Assembly: GCA_963514005.1 (NCBI GenBank)
Contig: OY740783.1
Span: forward strand, 128,588,001 to 128,652,000
DNA: 64,000 nucleotides
DNA from: Raja brachyura
Lineage: Eukaryota
Reading direction: 5' to 3'
A program made the translations under genes and the position numbers. The notes beneath the pieces are model-generated. The model was given only the letters and a program-made list of their open reading frames with translations, ran no database searches and was not told the DNA's origin. Shown here in pieces: positions 63,261 to 64,000 of the stretch; the first letter of the stretch is position 1, and every line of letters starts with the position of its first letter.

Positions 63261-64000
63261 AATCTGGGGCTGCAAGTATACCGCTTCGTGAGAGTGGCGC
63301 GGGTTAGAATCTCAACCTTCAGCGTATTGGCCGCGCTCTGTAGAGACTTTGGGAGTTCTTAAATAATTTGGCAAGAAGAGCTGGAAATCGGAACGGGAAA
63401 TCTGGGCATTGATTTGAATGTACCCCTCAATCTGCCTGTACGGTCGGCCTTGCACAATATTTGAAACGTTTCATGTTTGCATTGTGAAACTAGGTGTCTG
63501 AAAGGAGCACGAATATGGTGAAACCACGTTCTTCAGAATGATTTCTATTTCCTCGCCGGTTTCCGAAGTCTTGGCTAATTTGATCTCCACTATTTTATGC
63601 ACTTGTGGACATCACGTCACTAATTTGTTGGCAAAAAGTTCAGGATTATGTCAGGAGTAGTGGGAGTCAATGAGGTAAATATCTTTGCAGGAATACGTGG
63701 GCCATGGATAATGTGAGATTTTGGTAAATGTCCAATTTAGATAGCTATCGGGGCTTTGAACCTGGTGAGACGCAGGAGGAGCCCGGTCGGGAGTCACCCC
63801 ACAGAGCCCAGTCCCTCCATGCACTAGAGTCTCCCAACCCCTGCAGAGTAGTTATTAAGATGGATGATCCGTGGGCGGTTGTTGCTGGGACGCAAGTCGG
63901 GGCCTGATCAACCACGGCTGGGTCGCCTGGGCGAGGTTGTCTGATGTTGTGAGACCCGAAACACCCGATAACTCCAGGTCACATCACTGAGGATGCGTCC

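Noticed and set aside
63940-64000. CTGATG..GAAAC..CTGAGGA hammerhead-like words at the window end
   Set aside because: Core boxes imperfect, stems not supportable, sequence truncated by the window.

Overview
Repeat-rich vertebrate genomic DNA, almost certainly from a cartilaginous fish (skate/ray/shark). The inference rests on shark-type IgM exons, CR1/HER1-like LINEs and V-SINE-type SINEs. Host genes: (i) two intact, paralogous two-coding-exon class A orphan GPCR genes of the GPR139/GPR142-like type on the minus strand (25134-26845, 37856-43486). They lie in a tandem segmental duplication that predicts a third paralog just left of the window. (ii) A plus-strand IgM heavy-chain constant locus (CH1, CH2, CH4+secretory tail, TM1, TM2; 50461-58953) that looks pseudogenised: no V/D/J found, no CH3 found, a CH2 frameshift and a broken CH4 acceptor. 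Mobile DNA includes a full-length L1 with 17-bp TSDs and one nonsense codon, a near-complete CR1 ORF2, a decayed DIRS element, Penelope-like fragments with hammerhead-ribozyme cores, a probable Academ relic and many LINE/SINE fragments. Least-explained signals: a splice donor exactly 21 nt after the stop codon of both GPCRs, followed by an old tandem repeat with conserved same-strand splice signals; and a strong CTCF motif at the GPCR/IgM junction. All family assignments are by motif recognition from memory. No database search was run.
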